A stretch of 64,000 bases of DNA. Origin: Rhynchobatus australiae (Eukaryota). The translations under genes and the position numbers were made by a program. The stretch covers positions 76,786,993-76,850,992 of the forward strand of contig JAUZTB010000098.1 in the NCBI GenBank assembly GCA_034780895.1, given 5' to 3'. Each line of letters begins with the position of its first letter. Position 1 is the stretch's first letter. Below are positions 27,101-37,335 of this stretch, piece after piece. The notes below the pieces were generated by a model, which saw only the letters and a program-made list of their open reading frames with translations, was not told the origin of the DNA and searched no databases.

Positions 27101-28944
27101 AAGGTCACACCTTATTCTTATTAATCTTTACAGGGTAAAAGCATAGCCTACTTAGTCTCTTCTCATGTGACAGACACACCAGCCTAGCAACCAATCTGTT
27201 GAACCTCTATTGTACCCACTATTTCCAGATTGCTTGTTGTGTCTTCCCTCTATTGCAAGTACATTCCTCTTTAGGTGCAAATATATTTTGCAAATATAGC
27301 TTTAAAAGCTGCAGCAGAATCTGTATACTACAACAAAAAGTCAATGTGCTAGTCTGCCAGGAATCAAATGAGATCAGCAGGAAACAAAGGAAGAAAAGGA
27401 AAATGTATGACACAACATGGGAGACCTGTAATGTATTACTTAAGTAGTACAAGTAGAAAGGTGACTCAACACAACTTCACTATGTGCATTTTTGTTACTT
27501 TGATAAATTCACATGATGCTTTTAAACTTGACAAGTTANNNNNNNNNNNNNNNCCATTTGGACATCATATCATGCCTGGCCTCCCGAGTGCAGGTGGACT
27601 GAGAAGAAATTCACATAACCCAGTCTGTTATTATTGGTACCAATTTCACTTTTATAAGCAATCCAAGATCATAATTCACTGTTCTATTCACATGTCGAGA
27701 GATGTCTGAAAATAGACATATACCAGAAATACTATAATATTTCAATGAGATTGCCTTTAAAAATCGGACAGATCATCTAAAATTCAGTGAAGAGCATTGT
27801 TTTAAAAAAAATACGCTGACTGTTATAATTAATATATTTGATAAATTTTCTTTTATGAAGTTCAGAATTAGCATTCAAAAGTTTAGGAATAAATTAAACA
27901 GACTAATAATGCATGTACTATGCAAATTTATATTTCAGAATAATTCCTTTGGCTGTAAATCTAGCACTCCCGACGCTGCTGGGCTCCCAGAACAGAGCGA
28001 ACGTGAATTAAAAATTTAACACGGGAATGCAGGGGAAAAAAACGCGACGCCGCAAGAAACAAACTTTCAGAAAAAAAGTAGTGGGCAAATCGGAGCGTTG
28101 TGAAAGATGTGGCGTTTAAACACTAATCGATCAGCTCCGCGCCAAAAAAAAAACCCATGAGGGCACGCTGACAGGACGGGATAAACTGGGAGCAAGCGGG
28201 GGCCTGCACCCAGAGGATGTGAACAAGGCCTCAAATGAATACCTTTCACGTGTGTTCACTGAGGACATTGCAGTTGGAGGTTTCAGTTAGGCTGGTGAAA
28301 TTCTAGAGCACGTTAAGGTTAAGAAGGCGGAGGTGTTAGTTGGGCATAAAGCTGGATAAATCCCCAGAGCCTGATGAAGTAAATCCAAAGCTATTCTAGG
28401 AAACANNNNNNNNNNNNNNNNNNNNNNNNNNNNNNNNNNNNNNNNNNNNNNNNNNNNNNNNNNNNNNNNNNNNNNNNNNNNNNNNNNNNNNNNNNNNNNN
28501 NNNNNGTGAAGGGAGATGAAGGGAGGGAGGGGGGAGGCGAGAGAGGGAGACTCGTTTCTCCTGACAGCGATCAACGTGCAGTCGGGGCCACCGGAAGCGA
28601 GCCGACGGGAAACACACCAACAGCATTTCTGATGGTGCGAACACAATGAAATAAAACCCAGGGCAGGAGGCGGACCGGGACCGGCCCCGCTATCGACGGG
28701 CCCGGCTGATACCGATCCCCCCGCAAGGCGGCCGACACCAGCGCTAGGCCGCGGGCTCGCCGCCGCACACCGCCAAAGGTAAGCACAGCCCCGACGCACT
28801 CCCCCCTCCTCTTGCCGCTGCCGCCGCCTCACATCCAGCCTCCGGACTCCTCACCTGGTTCTTGGTGTAGGGTTTGCTGATGATGTGGTGCCTCTTATTT
28901 CTGATTTTGCCACCACCTCCTCCTCCTCCCGTCGCCGCCGCCAT
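2551..28944 (-). CDS. NUP153: Nuclear pore complex protein Nup153, coding exons 1-16 (gene continues beyond the left edge)
   Basis: Sixteen GT-AG exons join in frame (2401 nt, about 800 aa). Contains MAAATGGGGGGGKIRNKRHH..KPY, VKNIVPGWLQRYF, DDNISTTSGFSSRASDK, SPFYPGKTTYGGAAA, GVTSATARRILQSLEKMSSPLADAKRIP, KQGSVLDILKGP and RanBP2-type zinc fingers, all recognisable Nup153 motifs. Confidence 0.97.
3570..4480 (+). mobile_element. Decayed Penelope-like retroelement (GIY-YIG endonuclease remnant, inverted termini)
   Basis: LTFHPSNLHIQQIILHNF; GPK..; CIRCSWCSLL; HLAE..SV; PVA..FNS; KFDEQYLRF remnants; flanked by CAGATGCTGGAAAT... and ...CCAGCATTTTCTGTTTT. Confidence 0.65.
4644..4772 (-). CDS. NUP153: NUP153 exon 15 (...EGPLKPAKALKQGSVLDILKGP)
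   Basis: Acceptor CCTTCAG, donor CTG|GTAAGT; 129 nt. Confidence 0.9.
4864..4939 (-). CDS. NUP153: NUP153 exon 14 (TGFTFSEPIDK...)
   Basis: AAG acceptor, donor CAG|GTACAT; 76 nt, phase 0 to 1; GFTFSxP motif. Confidence 0.82.
5149..5241 (-). CDS. NUP153: NUP153 exon 13 (AVVSSPNSVAFTFSTPNIKATEANLQPVSVS)
   Basis: Acceptor ATGTATAG, donor TCT|GTAAGT; 93 nt; FxFSxP motif. Confidence 0.85.
6342..6479 (-). CDS. NUP153: NUP153 exon 12 (VQAPAPELPEVSLPI..LPTFNF...PNK)
   Basis: Acceptor CTTCTGCAG, donor AAG|GTAGAG; 138 nt. Confidence 0.9.
8597..8717 (-). CDS. NUP153: NUP153 exon 11 (...ATNGLVSGGAGGKMKREK...)
   Basis: Acceptor TGTTGTAG, donor GAG|GTTAGA; 121 nt, phase 2 to 0. Confidence 0.88.
8828..8883 (-). 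CDS. NUP153: NUP153 exon 10 (RPKEKSPVPPEVSLQTTK)
   Basis: Acceptor ATTTCAG, donor AAG|GTATGG; 56 nt, phase 0 to 2, which is needed to bring exon 11 into frame. Confidence 0.8.
9668..9814 (-). CDS. NUP153: NUP153 exon 9 (VEIQSPPVQKLQTP...NRSMFYKPSLTP...)
   Basis: Acceptor ATTTTCAG, donor AAT|GTAAGA; 147 nt. Confidence 0.9.
10585..11878 (+). mobile_element. 5'-truncated CR1-clade LINE (HER1-like), decayed reverse transcriptase plus 3' tail
   Basis: YMDFSKAFDKVP, VPQGSVLG, SKSANDTK (FADDTK), RPRLDYYVQFW remnants; tail CTGTATAACTCTATGAATC. Confidence 0.88.
12027..12080 (-). CDS. NUP153: NUP153 exon 8 (PLERSTIDVTGWQSKMRK)
   Basis: Acceptor TTTGTTTCAG, donor AAG|GTATAG; 54 nt. Confidence 0.85.
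12771..12815 (-). CDS. NUP153: NUP153 exon 7 (DAKRIPSAVESPVST)
   Basis: Acceptor GTTTTCAG, donor ACA|GTAAGT; 45 nt. Confidence 0.88.
14540..14990 (+). mobile_element. Decayed L2-like LINE 3' region
   Basis: Pyrimidine-rich pattern typical of L2 3' ends; related reverse-strand remnants near 25.8-26.2 kb and 37.5-37.9 kb. Confidence 0.4.
16176..16292 (-). CDS. NUP153: NUP153 exon 6 (VPIRRQMKAK...GVTSATARRILQSLEKMSSPLA)
   Basis: Acceptor CCACTAG, donor GCA|GTAAGT; 117 nt; highly conserved motif. Confidence 0.93.
17713..17841 (-). CDS. NUP153: NUP153 exon 5 (SFISTS...SPFYPGKTTYGGAAA...TPYQ)
   Basis: Acceptor TTTTGCAG, donor CAG|GTAAAG; 129 nt. Confidence 0.93.
17964..18103 (-). CDS. NUP153: NUP153 exon 4 (DAITSRNASLPPLWSPEG...KPSFNLTAFGSSSP)
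   Basis: Acceptor ACGCAG, donor CCT|GTAAGT; 140 nt; not in the ORF track. Confidence 0.9.
19288..19539 (-). CDS. NUP153: NUP153 exon 3 (VSTPSK...DDNISTTSGFSSRASDK)
   Basis: Acceptor CTTTACAG, donor AAG|GTAAAG; 252 nt, phase 1 to 1. Confidence 0.93.
20372..20492 (-). mobile_element. CR1/HER1 LINE 3' tail fragment
   Basis: Reverse complement of the tail at about 11750-11878. Confidence 0.6.
20508..20541. repeat. Compound (ATGG)n(ATGA)n microsatellite
   Basis: Direct reading. Confidence 0.85.
22570..22774 (-). CDS. NUP153: NUP153 exon 2 (GLIGRVTDTVKNIVPGWLQRYF..., N-terminal amphipathic helix)
   Basis: Acceptor TATCCACAG, donor CAG|GTGCGT; 205 nt, phase 0 to 1. Confidence 0.93.
24941..25028. 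repeat. 44-bp tandem duplication (2 units, 1 mismatch)
   Basis: GATAGTG(C/T)AAGTTGAAAGAGCAACATCAATTTCTATCAGTGATC x2. Confidence 0.9.
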
Positions 28945-29480
28945 GTCTGCCTCTTCCCGGCTGCCCGCCGCTCTGCGCCCGCGCCGCTCGCTATCTCCTA
29001 GCAGCCGTGTCGTGAAACGGGAGGGGGGAGTGTGGGTGTGACGGGGGGGGGGGTTCACGTACTACGTCACGCTGCCTTCGTGTTCCGACCTCTTCCCGCA
29101 ACACGCGCTTCACATGTCGTCACGCGCAAGCGCCTTTTCCCTCCGGGGTTTTTTTTTCCGTTTTCCCCCACCCCCCCACCACCCTGTTGCGCTCACGTAA
29201 GAGAGTGCACGGCAGTCTACGTCATCGCGCCACCGGACCCGCTCATTGGCTCAACCCGACAATCGGTCTGCGTCGGAGAGCGGACTGCGTCTGCGTTCTG
29301 CCGGTCGTCAGGGCGAGCGGCATGTGGACCGGGGCCTGGGCCGTCAGACGGAGCAGTCAGTGAACCTGTCGACCTGAGTTAAGGCGAGGGCTGAGATAGA
29401 GAATGCTCATCGGGGACGTTTTGAGCAGCAGAGTACGCGTATCTGACGGAAGGGTCGGCACAGTGACGCAGCTGCTGCCT
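28540..29480 (-). promoter_or_regulatory. CpG island / TATA-less promoter of NUP153
   Basis: Abrupt GC/CpG-rich segment around exon 1. CRE-like TACGTCA at 29063-29069 and 29218-29224, E2F-like TTCCCGC at 29093-29099 and TCGCGCCA at 29225-29232, CCAAT box (ATTGG) at 29245-29249. Confidence 0.8.
28855..28944 (-). CDS. NUP153: NUP153 coding exon 1 (MAAATGGGGGGGKIRNKRHHIISKPYTKNQ)
   Basis: ATG in context GCAGACATGG inside the CpG island; donor CAG|GTGAGG; 90 nt, phase 0. Confidence 0.93.
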
Positions 29481-29705
29481 CACTGACCCGGGCTCAGTGC
29501 TAACCCTGGCTGCTGTCTGTCTGCTCCGTGACTGCCGTGGGTCCCAAGGAACTGCGGGCAGGTTCAGTGGCTGCTGAGAGTTGCCCCAGCTGTGCAGGTG
29601 AATGGGTGGGAATGTAGAGAGAATAAAATGGGATGAGTGTAAATGGGCGTTTTGTTAATAGTGCAGACTCGGTAGGCCGAAAGGCCTTTCTGTTCTGTAT
29701 GATCT
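29452..29705 (+). mobile_element. Decayed HE1-like SINE at the distal edge of the NUP153 CpG island
   Basis: GGCACAGTGACGCAG..GCTGCCTCAC..GACCCGGG head; GCAGACTCGGTAGGCCGAAAGGCCT..CTGTATGATCT tail. Confidence 0.6.
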
Positions 29706-30619
29706 TAAATATTGTTTGCATATTATAAATTACTAGATTGAAAGTTGGCGCCTTAACAATCTCTTGCCAAAAATGGAAGCTATTGGAAACAAACTCCAAA
29801 CACTACAGAGGAGTGAATAATAGTATTGAACAGGACACCTGTATTTAAATAGAAACTGGCTACTTCCGTGTTACAGTATGGGATGCCCATTTTCCTGCTT
29901 CATGTTCCGAAGCCAGAGACTTGAGCTACGAGGATGAAGCTCGAAGCCTGTTCCGAACTGAATGTGTCGTGGAGTGACTGTATAAATACAAGGGTCCAAG
30001 ATATTATTGCCAGCAGCAAACACTGCAGACTCATCATTTACCTTCAACTTAATTTAAATTCATCTTGGAGAACTTTTTTCCCCCCAGCTACTACTTAAGG
30101 AATTACCAGAATCCTATGACCATGCCCTGTACCATTTTTTAAATACACTACCCTATTCTAGTTGTGGAAGAATTAATCAACTTCTCCAAGAATTTTTTTT
30201 TAACTTTTGTTGTAATTTGGTAGGGACATCCTGAGGTTATGAAAGGTGCAAGAGAAATATATCTGTCTTTAAATGATAACTGACCTGAATGATTCCACAG
30301 CTTCTCTTAATTTAACACAGTTGGATATGCATTCCAGTATTTGGGAAGACCAGATATCTTGGAGAAGCAAAACAAGGGTAGGAATGAAAACAAGCAAGTT
30401 TTCTTCTATTGTCAACTCAAGGTCAGATTGCAGCTGCACAGAGGAAAATTTACTTTTGTGATGTACAGAAAACATTATGTTGCAAGTTTTCTACAAAATA
30501 GCAAGTCTATTATGGGAAATTAGCAGTCTGTGATTGAAGGTTGAAATGTCTGAGAATTCAAACTGAGAATTTAATTTAAAAAAAATTGGATCACTGTGTT
30601 CATCTTATTTTTAAAGCAT

Positions 30620-31210
30620 GGGTCAGCCTCACATGAACGTTCCTGGACTTTTTGAAGGTATATGACAAGTTCCCATATAAGGCAATGGCAAATCTGAAGA
30701 CAAATTATGACCCTGGTTAGTTAATTGGCTAAGTGGAGGCCTGGGCAGGTACACCTATTAACCCCAGAAAGTGACAAGGGTCTGAGTTGGGGCTTTAACA
30801 CAATAGTGTGACTTAGAATAGAATCATAAAATTATAAAAGAAATGGCAATGGATTACATAAATATGCAAACATGGCAAATGGATTTCAAAGGTGAAGTCA
30901 GCAGATTTAGACTCAAATACAATCTATTTACTGTACCTGATGTAAAGGTTAATAGAATACTAATCATAAGTTGGAGGAATAAGGATGCAGAAGTCATCCT
31001 ACAGGTAAAAATGTCATAGATAAACCATGCCTACAAATACTGTGTTTGTTCTACTGGCTTCAAAAGGTGTACACAATGGATTACAGAAGTATCTAAATTA
31101 TAAGAAATAATTACACCAGCTTATTCTACTGTTTAGAGATTTGAGGATCTGGAGAACAGAGCTGATCAGTTACAGCCAGGCCTTTAAGGTCTGAAAATAT
31201 GAAACACTTG
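30620..31210 (+). mobile_element. Highly decayed CR1-like LINE remnant
   Basis: CTGGACTTTTTGAAGGTATATGACAAGTTCCC (DFxKAFDKVP remnant), TGGCAAATGGATTTCAA (WQMxF). Confidence 0.5.
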
Positions 31211-32814
31211 TGCACGCAAAGCTTGGTGCAGAGGGGCAAAATGAGCTACCCCTAGCTTATTTCTTGCCTGTCACTTTTCACTCAAGGTGACACCATCAAT
31301 GTCAGAGCACTTATCTCTGCAAAATCCTCCAAACCCACTCATGAACCAAGATCAGCATCTTCTCCCAGGATAAATAGGCCCAGCATTGAAATTTTACTTA
31401 CATCATAGGCTTCAATGGGCAGGCCAGAACATATACATGACTAACCCCAGGCTCTTGAAAGATACTATCAAAACATCAGTTAAAAAAAAATGTAATATCC
31501 ACCAACCTTTTAACTACATCTATCCATTTCAGGCAACAATCCTGGTGATTCTCTTCTGCAGCCTCTCTATTGCTACCATATTCTTCCTGTTGTGCGGCAA
31601 TGAGAACTCAGAATCAGATTATCACCAACTTATATGATGTGAAATTTGTTGTTTTGTGACAGCAGTACAGTGCAAAGACAAAATTATTACAAATTACCAA
31701 AAGTGCAAAAATGATTAATAGGGTAGTGTTCATAGAACAATACTTCAAGTGCAGCTTAACCAATGGTTTGTATGACTGCAACGTGATATCCCAAATTAAT
31801 GGGGTCTTGGAATTTTTAAATCATTAGTCAATTAACTCAGTGTAAATCCTAGGGAACCTGAGCAAAACTAGGCTATGCTGCAGATCTCTTTGTGGTATCT
31901 AATAGAACTGGTATTCCACTAATGACAGCACATGGTCTGGAAGTCCAGTCCACTTCCATGTAAAAGTAAATGCCATCTGTTCCAAACAGAATTATCAGCA
32001 TTTATTTGTAAGATTCAGAAATTATGTTGATGGGTGGAAGAGGAGACAATTAAAAGAACTGTATTGAGGAAGAGTGCTAAGTTGAATTGCATCACAGGGT
32101 TGAAGAGTGCCAAGTTGAATATGCAAGAGTAAATCAAGTATGCTACTGAGTAGCTTGGAGCATTCCATTCTCTTTCCCCCCCCCCCCCNNNNNNNNNNNN
32201 NNNNNNNNNNNNNNNNNNNNNNNNNNNNNNNNNNNNNNNNNNNNNNNNNNNNNNNNNNNNNNNNNNNNNNNNNNNNNNNNNNNNNNNNGAGAGAACTGAT
32301 TGCTAATACAATTTACTAAGTGAAATTGTACTCATTGTAAAATTGTACTGGGCACCTTCAGTCATGATCCATGTTAATGCACTTGACATTTTCCCAGCAT
32401 CTTTTGCAAACTCTGTGATGTCAATCATTGCACAGCACACATTACAACTCATTTTGACATAAATTGGTGTTCAAAGCTCCTGGAACTGACATTGAAGAAT
32501 ATCACTGAAGAATAAGGAGTAAAACCTGCAGCATTCTTCATTTATTTGTAATTTAATGGACTACTCTACTGTCATTGGAACACATCACAAGATGACACCA
32601 GAACTGACTGCAGACAGCTGAAACATCTCCCAGAGTCCTCAGAGTGTACACAAACTAGTAGAGACTGCTCCCTGCAACATTTAACAGCTGAGCAGCTCTT
32701 CAATGGATACCTTAGTGCTGGCAGAACTTTTATCACTGAAAGGTTTGGGCTAGGCATTGCAGGCAACCCAAGGAGGGTCACAGACCACCAGGCAGATCAC
32801 AGAAATGCCCAAGT

Positions 32815-33610
32815 CCAAAGATACTGTTCTCAGAGGGTCTTTACAGACAGAGGATCATGCCTGGACCTCTCTAATGAGCAATATATTCATCAGCTCAGGT
32901 CAAGATGTAATAACTTAGATCTGTGACATTTAGCAGGGAGACCTTTGGGTATAGAACACTCACTGTGGAGGTCGGTCACTTTCGATTTTCTGTCATCTGG
33001 TGGCTGTTTTAGAGCTTTGGTACATCTCTCAGTTTATTCATCAGAGCAGGCAGGAGGTCATCCAGGCTCTGTATACATGGAGGAACAATTTTGTGCCCTT
33101 TGGCTTCAGTGAAGAACAGCGGCAGCATCTCGTGCGCTGGGATTATCCAGCATTGTTGTCATGCCCAAAGTGCACGTAGCATCTACTACACTCCTGTTCC
33201 ACGAGGGCTCCCTTGACGAGTCCAGTTTTCTACTATTAATGCAGAGGGATTTCTCCTAATGTGAAAATTGCTGTGTATCATAGGAAGAATTTTCTCATGT
33301 CACTGCCATTTTTCATGGCAGCTCCCTCAACGTAGTCGCTCTTAAGGAAGTCATTTTGCCAACCTTCTTAATGCACAACACTGCCTTGGAAGGGGAACAA
33401 AGGTTGTCGTCTTCTATTGCTTTTGACATCAGTTTTCTCCCCCACCATTCCAGTTGAGCGCCAATACAACAGAATAAGTGTAGTGGTGGAGAATGTGATC
33501 AGTTTCCTGAAAATGAGACTCCAATGTCTTCATCAGTCCAGGGCTATACATGTCCAACTGGTGTAGAGACTTCACTGTGGTGTGGTGCAGGCTGCATAAC
33601 CTGGCCAACT
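32815..33610 (+). pseudogene. Degenerate Harbinger/PIF (HARBI1-like, DDE_Tnp_4) transposase
   Basis: Frameshifted translation gives collinear motifs: QRVF..SCLDLSNEQY; FLSSG; YISQ..EVIQALY..NFV; MPKV..IYYTPV (GFPxVxGAIDCTHV-like); IN.EGF..NV; FHGSS; GNKGC..LLTS (GDxGY..LMTP-like); ERQYN..VVENVISFLKMRLQCL; VVWCRLHNLA. Confidence 0.75.
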
Positions 33611-34989
33611 GATTCACTAGGAAAAGCAAGCAGGAACCCCAGATCCTGAGGGTCAAAAACCGCAATCAGAAGACCAACAGGAGCAGGAGGACAAGGAAGA
33701 TTGATAAAGCTCTGGGGGATGTTCCTACTCAATGTCTGCTCAATATCATGTGCTTCAGCATCCTGCTGAACAAAGAAAGGGAGGCAACATCCCATAACTG
33801 CTTCACTTTTGAATGATGATTCTTATGGTAAGCAAAGACTCTCCCTGCCAAACAAGTGATCCTCTCCATGTACCTTTCAGAAACATGATCACAGAGCACC
33901 AAAAAGCATGAGGGAGAATCCAAAGGATGCATGATATTCCATATTTGCTGTTTTGTGAGTCTACCTCGACGATTTACAATCCCTGCTGTTGTTACTAAAT
34001 GTCTTGACATAACATCCCTGTATATCTTGATGAATGGCACTCTGTTTAAACCACTCCAGCCTCCAGATGAAACAAAAATTTCTTGGAGCAACTCCAATCT
34101 GCAGCTGCTAACAATGAACAAAATGTTTCATGCTTTGACAAGCTGATCAGTGCCAATGGTAGATACTGTTGGCAATACAAGTGACAGTAATGTACATCAC
34201 AATATATTGAGCAGACTGCCATGCATTGGGTAAGGAGATGCATTTCTTGCTTGTAAAGTCCTGACTCTTCAACTGGTGTCAAAAGTTCACTTTTAAAGCA
34301 CTGAAACAATTGAGTACTCCAAGATAAACAATGGGAAAGAATGCATCTAAATCTCTCCTGTGAGCTTTAGGCGGGATTCTAAATCTGAATAGGCAAGCCT
34401 GACAATGTCCCCACTATCTCACTGTTCATCTGTGTCAGCTTTGTCATTAAAATATCCCAGATATGGTCTCCATCTGAGTCTTCTGGGGCATTATGGATGT
34501 GCAGACCTCCCCCTCCCCCACTTCCCCTTCAACCAAGGGAGCACCCACATCACACTCCCTATGCCTCTTTTGAATGACAGTAGCCTGCTTATGCCTAGTG
34601 TCTCTCCCAATGAAATACCCCTCTAACCTACTTTTCTCATCCCCCGCAGTGCCAGTCTCTGAGATGGTGCTGTGTGGTCAGATGCAATGACGCACTGTGC
34701 TCATCATCATCATTATGCTCCTCCTCTCTTTTCCTTCCTTCCTGCTCCTTCATCTCCTTGTGTTTCCACTTGGAGTCCTGATGTTGTGGTCAGGGGGAAA
34801 CAGGGGGGAATTCCTCATACCCTGCACAGACAAAACAGAACAGAGTTGCATATATAAACAGCGCACTAAACACTTCGGTGATGCAGAAGTGTATGCATGG
34901 TAATAAAGATATATGCTATTGATCTTTACAAAGGTGTTGTACTGATCACAATGAATCAGAGTTAATTTACATACCCAACAGCGTTCATA

Positions 34990-35552
34990 TTGCCTCTCCA
35001 CGAGGCTTCACATGAGGAGGTGGATCATCTCCTCCAGGCTGGTGAGACAGTGCACTTAAGAGAGCATCTCACCTATCCAGGTGGCCTCTCTCTTATTCCT
35101 CGTTGTTTAGCTAAATGGAGCAAATGAAGGAAACGGAATAACCTTTTCATATTCTTACATTTCGAACCTATATCTACAAGAGAGTTGAGGGGTTAAAATA
35201 TCTTTGTTGACATCTAGGTGGGTTGTGTTGGGTGAGTAACAGTTTGTGTGAGTATCTCTGCGTGTGCCTTTGGATAAGTGTTTCTGTGTGAGAGAGAGAG
35301 CCATGTTTTGTGGGCTCATTACTTTTCTTCTGACATTACTCTGATGTTTGGGTATTTTCACCCCAGAAGAAACAGCTAGAGCCACCTTCTGCCAAGCTGG
35401 TAGTGAAGCTGGCAGGATCTCCTACCACATCCCTCACTCCTCCTCCCCAACTCCCCCAGTAGTATACAAGATCTCATTGATGAGTAACATTATGTCACTT
35501 GCTGTAGATGTTGGAGTTCTCTGCCCCTACATGCAGCCTCTCTCTCTTCCAT
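34990..35552 (-). pseudogene. Degenerate Myb/SANT-like (trihelix) accessory gene of the same Harbinger element
   Basis: ACCATGG start at 35552; RTPTS..SDIMLLINEI; AWQKVALAVSS..K..SNVRRK; then an AG acceptor near 35111 and NKREATWIG..LTSLEEMIHLL (NxRExxxTGGG..LTxLEE-like). Confidence 0.6.
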
Positions 35553-37239
35553 GGTAGTCATAGTATGCTTTGTTGTTGTCTGGTTGTGATGAGCACAGTG
35601 CCCTTAAGTTGGCAGATTTAGGGTGGTCCCATTAGGAAATTATCAGGTCACATTTTCGCAATTATTTCTGGGTGGAAAATATACTAATGCTCTTGCACAT
35701 GTTTTTGGCCAATTTCCCAACTTTTGAGGGGTATTTGAATTGGCAATAGTGCTACATGCGACAATGTTTCAGCAAACAAACAAGGTACAGTCTTATTTCT
35801 CGGCATTGATTTCAACTTAAGTTGCCAGATAGGTATTTATGACAATCGATTACTGATGATTAACACAAAAATTCAGAATATTTAGTAAGTGTAAATAGAT
35901 AATTATCTAATTATACAATAGTTTTATTTGTTAAAGGAAACCCTGCTTTCTGTTTGATTCTTCTGGACAAGAGCAGAAATTTTTCACAATGAACATTTCT
36001 CATATCTTCTTACCAGAAGACTACCAGGCATTTCAAAATTAAATTTTTGTTGAGTGTATTTCCATGTTCCTACACAATGTGCTGCAATTTATGCTTCAGT
36101 TATTATAATGCATTTTCAGCTGGGTCTTTTATATATGCAGTCATTACTATAAAATGGCACAAAGCCCTGTCAACTGTTATCAGAATTTATTCTCATTTTT
36201 AGCCATATCAATGGTGGCATTTATTTTATAGCTCAGATGATTAGTTTTTCTTCAGAAACTACCTAACTTTTCCACATATTCTCTCAGGTAATAAAGTAAC
36301 GTGTAAAAACTCTTGTGCTCCAGATGTTGCTCCAAATTCCAGCATGTAGTCTCTTGTGTTTCCATGTAAAAACTCTATTTATGGAACAGTGAATTTTTGG
36401 GGAAGATTTTCTGCTATCCAGATCTATCACTAAATAAACCAGTAACCATGCTACTCTCAAGCATAGGATGAAGAGCAGCCTTCCATCAGCAGGGTTCTGG
36501 CCCTTGGATACCTGGGCTGTACCATTGGATACCTTATGAATTCCAAAGAAGCAGTGCTAACTTCTATAGACTTCCCACTTCTCAAAGTAGGAAAAATGCC
36601 TGTGGAACCTACNNNNNNNNNNCACCAAGTTAGACCTGGTACAAACACAGTGGATCCATTTCAATGAATGGTTGCCAGAAAAAAGGTGACTGCAGTTTTT
36701 TTCATTTGATTTGATTGCGTGTTTAATTATTCTTAAGTTTGTGTGTGAGTGCAAGCCTGTGGTTTTCAGTCTGTTAATTAAAAAAAAATGTAATTCTAAA
36801 TTCTTAAATATTATTTTTAACAGGTCCTGAGTGATTTTGAATATCTGTGAACATCAAGGACATTTGTAAACAATCATAATAGAGGAAGGTTTGACAGCTA
36901 GTGAAATCAGGGAAAGAGACTCACTAGCTATCAAGATCATTCTTTCAATGTAGTCTGCCACTTATACTGAGGGAGGCCTTGTACTTCACTGGTCTACACT
37001 GATGAGCTAGGAACAACACCCTGTGATCATACTGGGAGGAACTTTGTGGTCCAGGAGCTGGCAGCCAGCAATCCTGGGGCACAGAAAGCTCTGCACCAAT
37101 ATGTTATTTTGTTGTTTCTTGGGCTTGAATTTGAATCAAACAGGATCGACAGGATTTCTGTTCGACAGGAAAACTTGCATGACCTTTTTACATCCTTTTT
37201 AGAACATCTCAAAGCTATTCAGTCAATTAGCTAAAACAA

Positions 37240-37335
37240 TGAGGGTAACTCCACTGTTCTTCTTCAAAATAATGCCATACAATTTCTTATGGGACAAGAC
37301 TGGTTTAATGTTTCATCCAAATGGCAAATGGAACA
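37240..37335 (-). mobile_element. DeuSINE/SacSINE1-like fragment
   Basis: Reverse reads ATGGCATTATTTTGAAGAAGAACAGTGGAGTTACCC, resembling the Deu-domain core; a related tail GGGACATCCTGAGGTTATGAAAGGTGC lies near 30223. Confidence 0.4.

Noticed and set aside
28287-29382. Long GC-rich ORFs on both strands around NUP153 exon 1
   Set aside because: Stop-poor CpG-island sequence; only 28855-28944 matches a real protein
33729-34146. 130-aa and 71-aa ORFs inside the Harbinger relic
   Set aside because: No transposase or Myb motifs; they lie in the spacer between the two decayed genes
32290-35760. Terminal inverted repeats for the Harbinger element
   Set aside because: No convincing TIR pair or TWA duplication by eye; the left side adjoins an N gap
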